A DNA stretch of 64,000 nucleotides, taken from the NCBI RefSeq assembly GCF_035594765.1, contig NC_085842.1:40834782-40898781 (forward strand), given 5' to 3'. Positions 1-11,298 of the stretch are shown one piece after another; within the stretch, counting starts at the first letter, position 1, and each line of letters begins with the position of its first letter. This DNA comes from Anolis carolinensis (Eukaryota). Position numbers and translations under genes: made by a program. The notes under the pieces are model-generated. The model had not been told where the DNA came from, searched no databases, and worked only from the letters and a program-made list of their open reading frames with translations.

Positions 1-392
1 CAAAACATTCAAGTATAGGATTTATTTTAAAAACTATTAAACAATTTAAAAAGTTAAAATATTAAACATGAATATTCATCAAAATTCATGAAAAGACTGT
101 ACATAGACCTTAAAAACCAGCACCACACAGTCAGTTTGTGAAAGTCCACTCCAGTTAATTTCGGAAAGCCTGATGGCACAAAAATATTTTAACGTACTCA
201 TAAAAGGATTGCAAGGATGGGGCCAATCTGGCATCTTTAGGTAGGGAGTTCCAATGTTTGGGAGTAGCCACCAACTATATTATCTCCTTGAACCCACCAA
301 ATGAGCCTGAGAAGATGTTAGAGCAGATAGGAAGGCATCCATGATGAACTCTTGAATAAACATAGCAGAGGATTTCAAAGTAATAATTTGGT

Positions 393-575
393 ATTTATTT
401 ATCATGTCAGGAGTCAACCGAGGGTACAGTTGTAATGTATTTGAAAACACAAACAAAGGTAAAAACTTGGCGTTATACTAAATGTCCTTTGACCAGTAGC
501 TGGCCACTTGGAGTGCCTGTGATGTTGCTATTAGAAGTCCCCCCATTGTGCATGTGGCAGGGTTCAGGCTGCATG
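393..575 (-). mobile_element. Vingi LINE 3' end joined to an oppositely oriented SINE body fragment (573-680)
   Basis: 393-575 is homologous to 49241-49415; 573-680 is homologous to the reverse complement of 51548-51655. Confidence 0.7.
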
Positions 576-1857
576 AGACATGAGAAAAGCCTCCTTGCAG
601 GATCATGACATATCCAGGTGTTCCCTGGGCAACGTCTTTGTAGATGGCAGATTCTCTCACAACCAGAAGTGACTTGCAGCAATAGTTTTGTTCAGATCAC
701 TCTTTAAACCAGAAAAGGGGAAATTTTGATTTTTTTTTTTAGCTTCATTACTCTCAAAGATAGTAGGATAAAGAACCTTGGGCCCGCCGTGCGTGTGTGC
801 ATGATATCCTGCCATTCTCCCCTAAGTGATATAAAATGTGTCTGAAATCTAAATGAACGAAATGCTAGACAAAATGTGCAAACAAAATTCAGATTTCCAG
901 TTAAAAACAGCAATCTGATCTTGATCTTGACTACTTTCCATAAAGCTGCTGCATAATTTGTCACTTCAAGAATCCAGACCATTTGGTGATGTTAGTAGTT
1001 GATGCTGGCATCAGAGCAGTCAAATCTGGCAAAACAATGTTTTAAAAGTGAAAAATTTCAGTGGAAGTATACCTCATCCCTTTCCCTATATGTATTAGAG
1101 CAATAAACTATTTCAAACAGACGGCAAAACACTAACTCCTCCCTAGCCATATCTAATCAGTTTTCTGATTTCAGGCCTATCCCCACAAACAAATCTTGAT
1201 AATAATTGTGTTCCCTCTATCCTGGCCACCTGTTCAACGGGAAGAAGGAAAGCAGAGTCCCCAAGGAAACACCCAGCTTGCTAGTTTTGTCATCAACTAT
1301 CTGTCATAAAGCAGCAGAATGAATGAAGGAAAGAAAGAAGTGTGCCTTGATCTTGTGCTTAGCTCCCTGGGGATTATCAAAAGAATTAAGCTCATTGTGG
1401 TCTTAACAATGAAGAAGACTGTTCTCATCTGAAGGGTCCCAAAGCTTACGCATCACAGGTCAGAGCAGCTGCCAGTGAAATTAACACACATCACTGACAC
1501 CATGTTTAGCCTGGAGGAATTAACACAATGTTAACTTTGCATTAAAAACATGGGAAGTTGGCTTCAGACTATCTATCCTTTCATGGCCCTTGCAGCAAAA
1601 CCTTTTCTTAATCAGCAGGGTATGTACTATATTTTATTTGTCTGATGCCCTCCAGATGGGTTGGAAAACAATTCCCATCATCCCCGGGCAGCATGCTTCT
1701 GCATCAACTGTAGAAGTTGTGGAAACTGCTGAAGGATAGGAAAAATATTTAATCTCCCCTCCTCTCAACAGCGCTAAAGATGGCTAGAATGGGAGGTGAG
1801 GCTATATATTTCTTCCATCCCAATGCAGCAACACTGAGTTTCACCTTCTCCCTCGTC

Positions 1858-2145
1858 CAGGCATGTAGCCGGGCGGGGGGCTTGAGGGGCTTCACCCCCT
1901 CCCCCGAAATTCTCAGGGTGGTCCGCGAGAAGGCCTTACATTTATTGTTTAAACTGTTATGCTTATTCATATCATGATCTGATCACCATGTTCAATATAT
2001 CCCATATGCATGGGGGGATTGGGATAATGATACAAAAGGTTTGCTAGGGTAGATCCTCTCTCACTCAGACTCAGCTCCCCCCCGAATCAAAATCCCATCC
2101 TCCCCCCCCCCCCCCCGCCGAATCAAAATCCTGGCTACGAGCTTG
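1858..2145. mobile_element. hAT MITE
   Basis: Imperfect TIRs CAGGCATGTAGCC / GGCTACGAGCTTG; 8-bp TSD CCCTCGTC. Confidence 0.85.
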
Positions 2146-2406
2146 CCCTCGTCAGTATATTTGTGGCCTCCAGCCCCACCACTAATATTGAATTTTGGCC
2201 TAGCTATAGCTGAAATGCTGTTGGGGGGATTTTGTAAGTTGTAATCTCGAAAGTAACTTTTCTGAACTCTGGTTCCAAGGCATATATATGTTGGCCAGCG
2301 AATTCTGTGGGCAGCAATCCATAACATAAACTCTCCAAAAGCTGTGGTTCACCCATATCTTTGTTCGTATCTGAACACTATTCCAAATACTGATTACTAT
2401 ATCAGC

Positions 2407-3236
2407 CAGAGGCGGTCCAACCATAAGGCGAACTAGGCATTTGCCTGTGGCGCCATCGACCCGGGGGCACCATCGTCCTGGGAGGAGGGCGCCACTCTCC
2501 GCCTCCTTCTCCTTCAGGTCTCCTGGCGGCCGCGCTGGGCCTCCCACTGCCCACGCTGGGCCTTCCGGCCAGCGCGGGCCCGCCTTCACACCACGTGAGC
2601 CCACCTTTGGGACCTTCAGAGATTGTGAGGTCTGTGGGAACTTGGAAGCTAGGTATGTGGGGTTTATATATCTGTAGAAAGTCCAGGGTGGGAGAAAGAA
2701 GTCTTCTTTGAAGCAGGTGTGAATGTTGTAATTAATCACCTTGATTAGCATTTAATGGCCCTGTGGCTTCAAGGCCTGGCTTCTTCTTGCCTGGAAGAAT
2801 TTTTTTTTGGGAGGTGTTAGCTGTCCCTGATTGTTTACTGTCTGGATTTCTTCTGTTTTCAGAGTGTTGTTGTTTATTTATTGTCCTGATTTTAGAGATT
2901 TTTTTAAATACTGAGGGCTATCTGGGTTATCTAAGTCCACACTGCTCTATATCCCTGTTCAATGTTTAGTGCTAAATTCGCAAATATAGTCATTCCTACA
3001 TAACATTACCATGTATTGAACTGCTTTTTCTATTGATTTGTTGTAAAACATGATGTTTTGGTGCTTAATTTGTAAAATCATAATGTAATTTGATGTTTAA
3101 TAGGCTTTTCCTTAATCCTTCCTTATTATCCAACATTTTCATTTATCCAACGCTTTTATTTTTCAGTGATTGGTTTGGGGGGGGGGCGCCAAAATTCTGT
3201 TCGCCTACACTTGAAAAATACCTAGGGCCGGCTCTG
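2407..3236. mobile_element. Composite non-autonomous hAT element
   Basis: Imperfect TIRs CAGAGGCGGTCC / GGGCCGGCTCTG; 8-bp TSD ATATCAGC; internal Penelope-like and Tigger-like pieces. Confidence 0.82.
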
Positions 3237-5359
3237 ATATCAGCACAGTGCCTCCTGAGATTTGGTGCACACATCCCCATTGCACACAAATGGCTGATAT
3301 CCTACATGTTTACATAGCTTCATATGAGCAGTTCTGCATGTTCTCGCCATTTGGCAGAGTGAATCTGTAGTGGTGTTCCTTATCAGTGAAAAGGAAGGGA
3401 ATGGGAAGGCAATTCAAAATGTAGGGAAGCAGCCAGTCTCAGCTTCCAGGGAAGGAAGAACAGTAAGTGACCTCTAAAGGAATGCACCTGTCTTTTCTTT
3501 CCCCCGAGAGCTCAGAGCAGCTGGATCTTCATTATCTGAAGCATCTTTCTTTTCTTCCTTTAGATAGAAAAAGAATAGCAGTAGCCTCTCCCAAGACTGA
3601 AGAACTGCTGGTTGGTGGGAGGTTTTTGGATGGAGAGCAGTGAGTAGTCTGAATCCCAAGCAAGAGACTTACATGTGTGCAAATCACTAACTGGATGTCA
3701 GCCGTAAAAGTGTTTGTATACAGTCTGTAAGAGATCTAGATGGGTTTCAGTGGGTGTTCCTCCCCCATCCCTCAACAGATGCACTTTCTATACTCTTGTA
3801 TCTAGTTGTTTCCTAATGTTGTGCCTATTTTGTTAGAGATTTCAGAGAACAAACTTTTAAGCAAAGGAAGAAAAAAGTTAAATCTGCACACAGTGTGCTA
3901 CAGCTGCTCTTCTTAACTTTTCAGCGCCTTCCTCTAAGTCTCTTGAAGTTTAAACTCTGTGTGGAAAACAGATGCAGTTTGACTTAACGGCACACTTAAG
4001 AACTCTAAAGCACCGGTTCATAGGCTGCAGCTGGAAAAGCTCGTTTTGAACTGATAAGTGTGATCATATATTATAGGACAATTACATTTTTATAGATTTT
4101 AATAACTTTCTGGCTTTTAAATCATATCACCAGGCCTGAACTGTGGTGCTGTTAAGTGGCTACCTTAAGTTATTTGTCTTAAATGCATAGCTTATCACCC
4201 CACTATTCATCTGTCTCCCTATCAGTACACTATGGAGCAGAATCTTCTTAGTGACTTGTGCCAGTGTAATGCTTCATATGGTATTTAATGAAATGATATT
4301 GAATGACTTTGAAATGTATGTGTAAAGACATATAATTAAAGAATCATCAAGGTTACAGTTGTGATGCTGTTCAATGTTATTGGTATGACCGTCTCAGAAA
4401 AATGAAGTTGAAAAGCTTTTGTAACAGCTAGAGGTTCCAGGGCACAGATGTGTGGGATCATATCTTTTAGTAGCCAGTTACCTTATGCCATCATGTCTCT
4501 TTAGTTGGTTCCCTAGCCAACTAGGGAACTCTGGCAAGAAAATAGGATAGGTTGACAAGTTGGAATTGCATTCCAAACAGAAGGTGGGACAGATGCAACC
4601 ACCACAGGAAAAAGATGCAGAGATGATGAGGGATCTTGAATCTCCTTCTCTAATTGTCAAATTAAGGACTAAAGTATTTGAGGAAACATTCCTGTAAATG
4701 CCAAAGCTTAGAATCATAGAGTTGGCAGAAGCCACAAAGGCCAACTACTCCAATCTCCTACCATGTAGGAATACACAATCAAAGTATTCCTTAACAGATT
4801 GCTATAAAGCTTCTGTTTAAAAACATCCAGGAAAGGACATGCCACCACACTCCAGGGCTGTGTATTTAATTGCCAAACAGCTCTTACAAATTCTTTGTAA
4901 TGTTTAGGTAGTACCCCTTTTTCTTTTGTTTGAATGTATTTCTTTGTCTCCTAGTTTATGGAACAGCAGAAAACAAACTGCTCCCTTCTCAATGTGACAT
5001 CTTTTCAAATATTTAAATCTGACTACCTTTACTACCCAGCTTCTTACATTGCTCCTCAAAGGGCCTTCCAAATCTTTAATCATTTTGGATGCCCTCAGGA
5101 GTGACTTCAAGTAGGAGAGGTAGGTTACAGCAATTCAGGTGGCTGTGAGACCTAGAAGTCCTTTAAATCCTAGAACACAGTATATTGAGAGAAATAACAG
5201 AACTTGATTTAGAGTAAGACCTCTGTCCAGTGGCAATAAACCTTTCCCACATGTGAAGTTAAGAAGGCCTCCTGTGAAATATATCCATTTCATCAATTCC
5301 AAAATAGATTTCTTTGTATTCACCTGAAGACCAAGGATGTGTAGAAATGATAGGGTGCA

Positions 5360-5780
5360 ATGAATCATAGAATTATAGAGTTGGACGGGACCACAAGAGC
5401 CACCCAGTCTAACTCCCTGCCATGTAGGAATAGCACAAAGCACCCCGACAGATGGCCATCCAGCCTCTGGAGACTCCAAAATGTTCTGAAGCAGCAGCAT
5501 ATTCACTGTCCAACAACTCTTGCCATCAGGAAGTTTTTTCTAATGTTTAGATGGAATCTTTTTTCCCTGCTATTTGAATCCATTGCTTTGTGCCCCAGTC
5601 TCCAGAGCAGCAGAAAACAAGCTTGCTCCCTCCTCAATGTGGCATCCTTTCAAACACTTAAACATGGATATCATGTCTCCTCTCAGCTTTCTTTTCTCCA
5701 AGCTAAACACATCCAGCACCCTAAGTAGCTTCTCATAGGACTTGGTTTCCAAATTCTTTATCATTTTGGCTGCCCATCTT
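5360..5780 (-). mobile_element. CR1 LINE 3' fragment (others near 4708-5030, 18510-18860, 58030-58640)
   Basis: Peptide FSLEKRKLRGDMISMFKCLKG and GAATCATAGAAT tail on the plus strand. Confidence 0.85.
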
Positions 5781-6864
5781 ATCTCTGGAAGCTGCTATCC
5801 ACAGCCAATAAGAAAAGCTGAACTCCTCAAGTTCTGAGGAAGGAGACTGCCACCACTATTCATTTTGTGAAAACTGTCAGTGCCATAGCGAGGCTGAAAA
5901 GAACAGTTGTGCTGATGGAAAACCTAAGAAATATTTGATGTTGAGGATGGATCACCTGTTCAATGTCTTGCAGGGACAATGTTGGAAGATGTTGAAGTTG
6001 TTGGTATCTACAATTTGGGCTTTGGCCATATTGTGCTGAGCTGAGAACTATCAGATTTTTAATGCTCAATATTGCTAATGCAATAGACACTATTGAAAAA
6101 GGTCCATGTAAGCAGCAGAGGGTTCAAACTAAGGTAACTGAGGGATGATGCAGAGGGGATAATTAGATGAACTGAATTATATTATACTTTTGAAGTCAAG
6201 GAGATGAAACAGAAAGAAGATGATACTGTAGTGGATGGGACCACAGGATGATCTTGAATGTATTTGACTTCTGGGTGGACTATTTCAAAATGAATTTACA
6301 CAGTGGCTGATGCAGAGTAAAAGGCTTTCTTCAAAGCTTTGCAGTCTATGACTTCATGATTCCCAACATTGGAGCTAAAACTGTAAAGCTCTGCTGAGAG
6401 GGCTTGAGAGTAAATCCTCTACGAATGAAGCACTGTTGAGCAGTAGTCCTCTCTAAAGCAGAAAGAACACCATCCAATAAAGATAATTTCTGTCTGTAAG
6501 AGACAGATTTGAAAAGAGACCTTAAAAAGAGATGGAGTAGGAGGGACTGAAGCCCTGAAGTAAAGAGCATTTTTAAAAATAGCATGGCTAGAAAATAGAT
6601 GAAGAAAGAGGACTAACGGAAAACTAGGAAGCAGATTGAAAAGAGAAAGAATGTAAAACAAGGCAAAGAGGAAGATAATTGGCAGAAGAGAAATTGAAGT
6701 GAGAGCAGTTTTGGCAGGTGGGTGCATATGCAGGGAGAGGAGACTGTGTGGTTTCCTATCAAAGACTATTTAGCTCTTAAACTTTCCAAATGGAGTCTCA
6801 ACGCAGGCACAAATCCAGGTGCATGATGCACAGAGACCACAATGAAGAAACTGTGATTTTCATG

Positions 6865-7070
6865 TACAGTCAGCCCTCTATATCCATAGATTCTCCATGC
6901 AAGGATTCAACCATCCATGGCTTTAAAAACTTCCCCAAAAATCCAAAAGGCAATTTATATAGGCAAAAGTTAAGTCACTGTATATCATCGGATTGAGCAT
7001 CCAAGGCTTTTGGTATCCACATGTGTGTCTCTCCTAGAACCAAACTCAATTGGATACCAAGGGTTCACTA
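6865..7070. mobile_element. Old Tigger/MER2-like MITE
   Basis: TA-CAGTCAGCCCTCTATATCC ... GGATACCAAGGGTTCACTATA imperfect TIRs. Confidence 0.55.
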
Positions 7071-7829
7071 TATATCACCATAAATGATGCCACAAGCTTT
7101 ATGGTAGGAGGGGGGAAACTATACACACTGAAAACACTGTCAGGAATATGAATGTTAGCTTGAGTGCAATGCAGTTCATGGATGCTTGAATTTCCTGGGA
7201 ACTGGGAAGATGAAATTCAAAATGAGTTACTTCCACAAATGTAATAATAATAATCTCAAATTAAACAGATGGAATGGATTCGAAAATGGTTCAAGACCCC
7301 CCCCCCCCATTTAAACATTAACCAAGGGTACCTGCTTAATTTGGGTTAAGGGTATGATTTTCCTGCAGATAGGAGCAGGTTCAGGAACAAGAGCTTCTAT
7401 TATACCAGAACTGCAAGTATTTTAGAGAAAGAGCATTAGTTATAACTTAAATCCCCATGCATTTTTCTTTTTGCCATGGAGTTCAGGAAAGGATATAGTG
7501 GAGGAGGAAAATGCCGTTACCGTAGTAACAGGTACATGCAGCAAAGTATGCTAAGCTTAAGAGCATCTTTATAGAACATAACGTTTCTGGATCGCATATG
7601 TGCATCTAACCAAAAAAGAAACCTTCCTCCAAACAGAATTTAACAAGGAGGTGCAGTACCTAGTAGGTTTGTGCACGGATTGTGGTTGGTCTGTTCCCTT
7701 TGGCCAATTTGTCTTGTTGGACAGCCGTGATGACTAGGGCTCAGCTGCCATGTTTTTATCGCCCGAAACAGCCCACGTGGCTGCCAGACTCAGCTTCCTC
7801 CCTTGTATTCAGGAGTATGCAGTGCATGC

Positions 7830-8012
7830 TCCCTTAACCCCAGGCTCCCTAAAAGGCAAGAAAAGAAAGGGTCCCAGGAAGACTGTTTCCTTAACCCCAT
7901 TGCTCAAACTCAGACTCCCCTGAAGGCAAGAAAAGAAAGGGTTTCAGGAAGGATGCTTCCTTAACACCGTTGCTGAAACCCAGATTCCCTTGAAGGAAAG
8001 GGTTCCAGGAAA
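7830..8012. repeat. Degenerate tandem repeat, about 70-bp unit, about 2.5 copies
   Basis: AAGGCAAGAAAAGAAAGGG recurs at 7853 and 7923, with a partial third copy. Confidence 0.7.
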
Positions 8013-8274
8013 TGTGCCTTATAAGTTACCCACTACCGCCAATTAGCTGGGTCTTCCCAGATCTTTTGGCTGCCTAGTTGAAAACAGATATTTGCAATTT
8101 TTGGGAGGCTCCCGAAAACGGATCTGGGTGCTCAATGAAATTTGGATACCTCCAGCCGAATAGCACTAGCCTAGTGCTCAGTGTACATTTTCTGCAGAAG
8201 GGACACAGTGTCTTTGAGACTGAAACTTGGGAGTTGGAAACTTGGTTTTAAATGTGAAGTTGGCCTTAAATTCA

Positions 8275-8500
8275 GGGTATATCTGCACTGTAGAATGAAT
8301 GCAGTTTGCTACCACTTTAACTTCCATGACTCAATGTTATGGAATCATGGAAGATGTAATTCTGGAAGGTCTTTAGCTTTTTCTATGAAATAGAGCTGAT
8401 GCCTCATCAAACAACAAATCCCAAACTTTCATATCATTGAGTCGTGGCACTTAATATGGTATGAAACAAACTACATTCATTCTACAGCATTGCTACACCC
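8275..8500. mobile_element. Palindromic Harbinger-like MITE (related copies near 20917-21114, 31450-31636, 39443-39644, 53775-53977, 60423-60635)
   Basis: Termini resembling GGGTGCATCTACACTGTAGAAT; 3-bp TSD TCA in this copy. Confidence 0.7.
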
Positions 8501-8689
8501 TCAGTGAGCCTCAGTGATAACTTCATTTGTCCTAACAGTGTTGTTCTTGTGAGAACTCATTTCTACCTAAGGGCCAAGTTCAGTTTTGGAGATCTTCACA
8601 AGGGCCACATTCTAGTGATGAGGAGGACTAAAAGTTTAAGTTTTAAAGTTTCTTTTCTGCCAGTTCCTATGTCATAGGTCTAAATATCC

Positions 8690-8900
8690 TAAAGGCACCA
8701 GACCCTACCTGATCTTGGAAGCTAAGCAAGGTTAGCCTGGTTAGTATTTTTATGAAAGATCACCAACAAAAAAACTCGGTATTGTAAGCTATATATCAGA
8801 AGAATGAACTGGCACAACCATCTCTGAGTATTCCTAGCCTTTAATATGCATGCGAAATTAATGGGGTTGCTGTAGGTCAACAGAAGACTTGGAGGCAGAG
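8690..8900 (+). mobile_element. 5S rRNA-derived SINE (degenerate)
   Basis: CTGATCTTGGAAGCTAAGCAAGGTTAGCCTGGTTAGTA resembles the 5S internal promoter; followed by a non-5S, LINE-like tail. Confidence 0.6.
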
Positions 8901-9903
8901 AGAGACACACACCTAAAAATACAAAGGCTGGGAAATGATTAAATGTTTTTGTCATGGGGATGGAATATGGTCATCTGGGGAACCCAAGAAAAGTCACATT
9001 CAAATCTGAGATTCCTCATCCTTGCCACAAAATTTTATCCAGCCACCAAGATCCTCTTCACAAGCCCTTCTTTTTTAAGTGCCCCCCTTTTCCAAGGGGT
9101 GATAAATGCCAATTAGGGAGAAGCATTTTTGTGTAGAAGCCCCAGTGATCAACGACCCTCCACGAGCAGGACAGCTTTATTATGTTCAAGATAAAGACCA
9201 TTTAAATAATGATAAAAATGTTCTCCTTTACCTGACCTTTAAAAAAGAAATAATTTGATTTTTATCTGCTGGGTTCTGTTTGTTTTTGCTGGAGTATTTC
9301 ATTATTTTTCCGCTACTGCTGTTTTGCTTTGAAATGTTCAGATTTTTTTATGCTTAACCAAATGTTCTTGCATACACCATTTTGGAAGTCAAAGTTAAAA
9401 ATAGAAAGGTACAGAAAGGGTCTGTGCTGGGACTCCACAGTAGTGCTGATTCCTATAAAATCTGTTGTTGCTATGCGCAAGAGCCTGAGCTCAGTGTGTT
9501 ATAAAACAAATCCCCAACAATCACCTGTGCATAAATATCTGCTCCATTTAACTGAAACACTAATTAGAGATGTTAATTCAGCGACCAAAATCGTTAACTA
9601 TTTCAGTTAATGAAGCAGATGAAGACCGAAAGAGAGCCAATCTGCCAAACATACTGTAGTATTAAAAGAGCTGTCAAGAGTATAGAAATTTACTGTATAT
9701 GCAAGTGTATAAAGCCACCTTATATATTAGTTGAGGACAAGTTTTTGAGACTAAAATTATGGATTTTGATATGATTCATAGATAAGTTGAGTATCATTCA
9801 GAAAAAAGGGAAAAGCACCAGCCACTCCTGGCTGCTGCCCCACCATTTTCCCACTCAAGCATTCAAAAAGGCCCTTTGTCACTCTACTGAGAGAAAGGGA
9901 TGG

Positions 9904-9904
9904 T

Positions 9905-9960
<56 letters not shown>
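9904..9960. repeat. (TTTC)n microsatellite
   Basis: Direct reading. Confidence 0.95.
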
Positions 9961-10258
9961 TTTACAAAAGTTAGGTACAGTATTAACTCTTATTTTAAAA
10001 ATAGAGAAATCCAAAGAGAACTTAAAAGAAACACTGTCCCCTTCTTTATTCTGTTGGTGCTCCTTTGAAGGGAAGTGCTGAAGAACTGCCTCTGCTGCTA
10101 TTTTCCTGCCCAGGCATTGAAAAATTCAGAAGTGACACCATGGCAAAGAGAGTACGGAAGTTCATTACTTTTTTTAGGTTCCGTTTTTTGATAACAGTTA
10201 AGTTACAGTACTTATCATCCATATACAGTACTATAAGTACTGTACATGTACCATAAGG

Positions 10259-10393
10259 CAGTGGTTCTCAACCTGTGGGTCCCCAGGTGTTTTGGCCTTC
10301 AACTCCCAGAAATGCTAACAGATGGTAAACTGACTAGGATTTCTGGGTGTTGTAGACCAAATCATCCAGGGACCCACAGGTTGAGAACCACTG
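10259..10393. mobile_element. About 135-bp palindromic hAT (Buster/Charlie-type) MITE
   Basis: TIR CAGTGGTTCTCAAC; TSD CCATAAGG. Confidence 0.9.
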
Positions 10394-10401
10394 CCATAAG
10401 G

Positions 10402-11298
10402 TATCCCACTGGAGCATTGCAGCATACCACAATACCTGGGTATCACTCTGGACCATGCCCTGACTTACAAGAGGCACTGCTTGGCTATCAAAAGTGGGTG
10501 CTAGAAATAATACCATACGAAAGCTGACTGGCACAACCTGAAGATCACAATCAGATACAGTGAAAACAACTGCCATTGCGCTTTACTACTCTGCAGCTGA
10601 ATACACATGCCCAGTATGGAATACATCTCATCATGTTAAAACAGTGGATGTGGCTCTTAATGGGACATGCTGCATAATCATAGGATGTCTATACACCACT
10701 GGAAAATTATATTTCTTAGCCAGTATTGCCCTACCTAACATTCATCGGGAAGTAGCAGCCTGTAATGAAAGGACCAAGGCATTGACATCTCCGGACCATC
10801 CTCTGTTTGGATACCAGCCAGCAAGCCAACATCTTAATCAAAGAACAGCTTCCTATGAACTCGCTCGTAGAAACACCTCAGCGAGTGAGAGTCCAAAAAC
10901 AGCAAGTTAAAGCCCAGAACTTCAATCCATGGTTGATACCGGATGAGAAACTCCCTCCTGGGCAAACAGAAGACTGGGCAATTGGAAGGCATTGAACAGA
11001 CTGCTCTGGCACCATGAGATGCAGAGCCAATCTTAGGAAATGGGGCTACAAAGTGGATCCCATGACATGTGAGTGTGGAGAAGAGCAAATCACAGAGCAC
11101 TTACTACAATGCAGCCTGAGCCCTGCCACATGAACAATGGAGGACCTTCTCACAGTGACACCAGAGGCACTTGAAGTGGCCAGCTTCTTGTCAAAGAAAA
11201 TCTAGTATAATGTCAAGTTTTTAACTTTGTTTGTGTGTTATTTAAATACATTATAACTGTATTTATATCAATTCACTTCTGACACAATAAATAAATAA
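10402..11298 (+). mobile_element. 5'-truncated Vingi (Ingi-clade) LINE
   Basis: Broken RT C-terminal peptides (YLGITLD, AAEYTCPVWNTSHHVKTVDVALN, CECGEEQ...HLLQC) and (AATA)n tail. Confidence 0.75.

Noticed and set aside
5820-6720. Possible old LINE or coding region
   Set aside because: Looks like decayed retroelement or low-complexity sequence, but I could not recover a diagnostic motif, so it is not called.
8690-8790. Functional 5S rRNA gene
   Set aside because: Partial, diverged and followed by a retroposon-like tail; better explained as a 5S-derived SINE.
9230-9255. Minus-strand AG-GTCAG-GTAAAG 5-nt microexon or recursive splice site
   Set aside because: 5 nt would shift the PRICKLE2 frame, the pyrimidine tract is short, and there is no supporting evidence.
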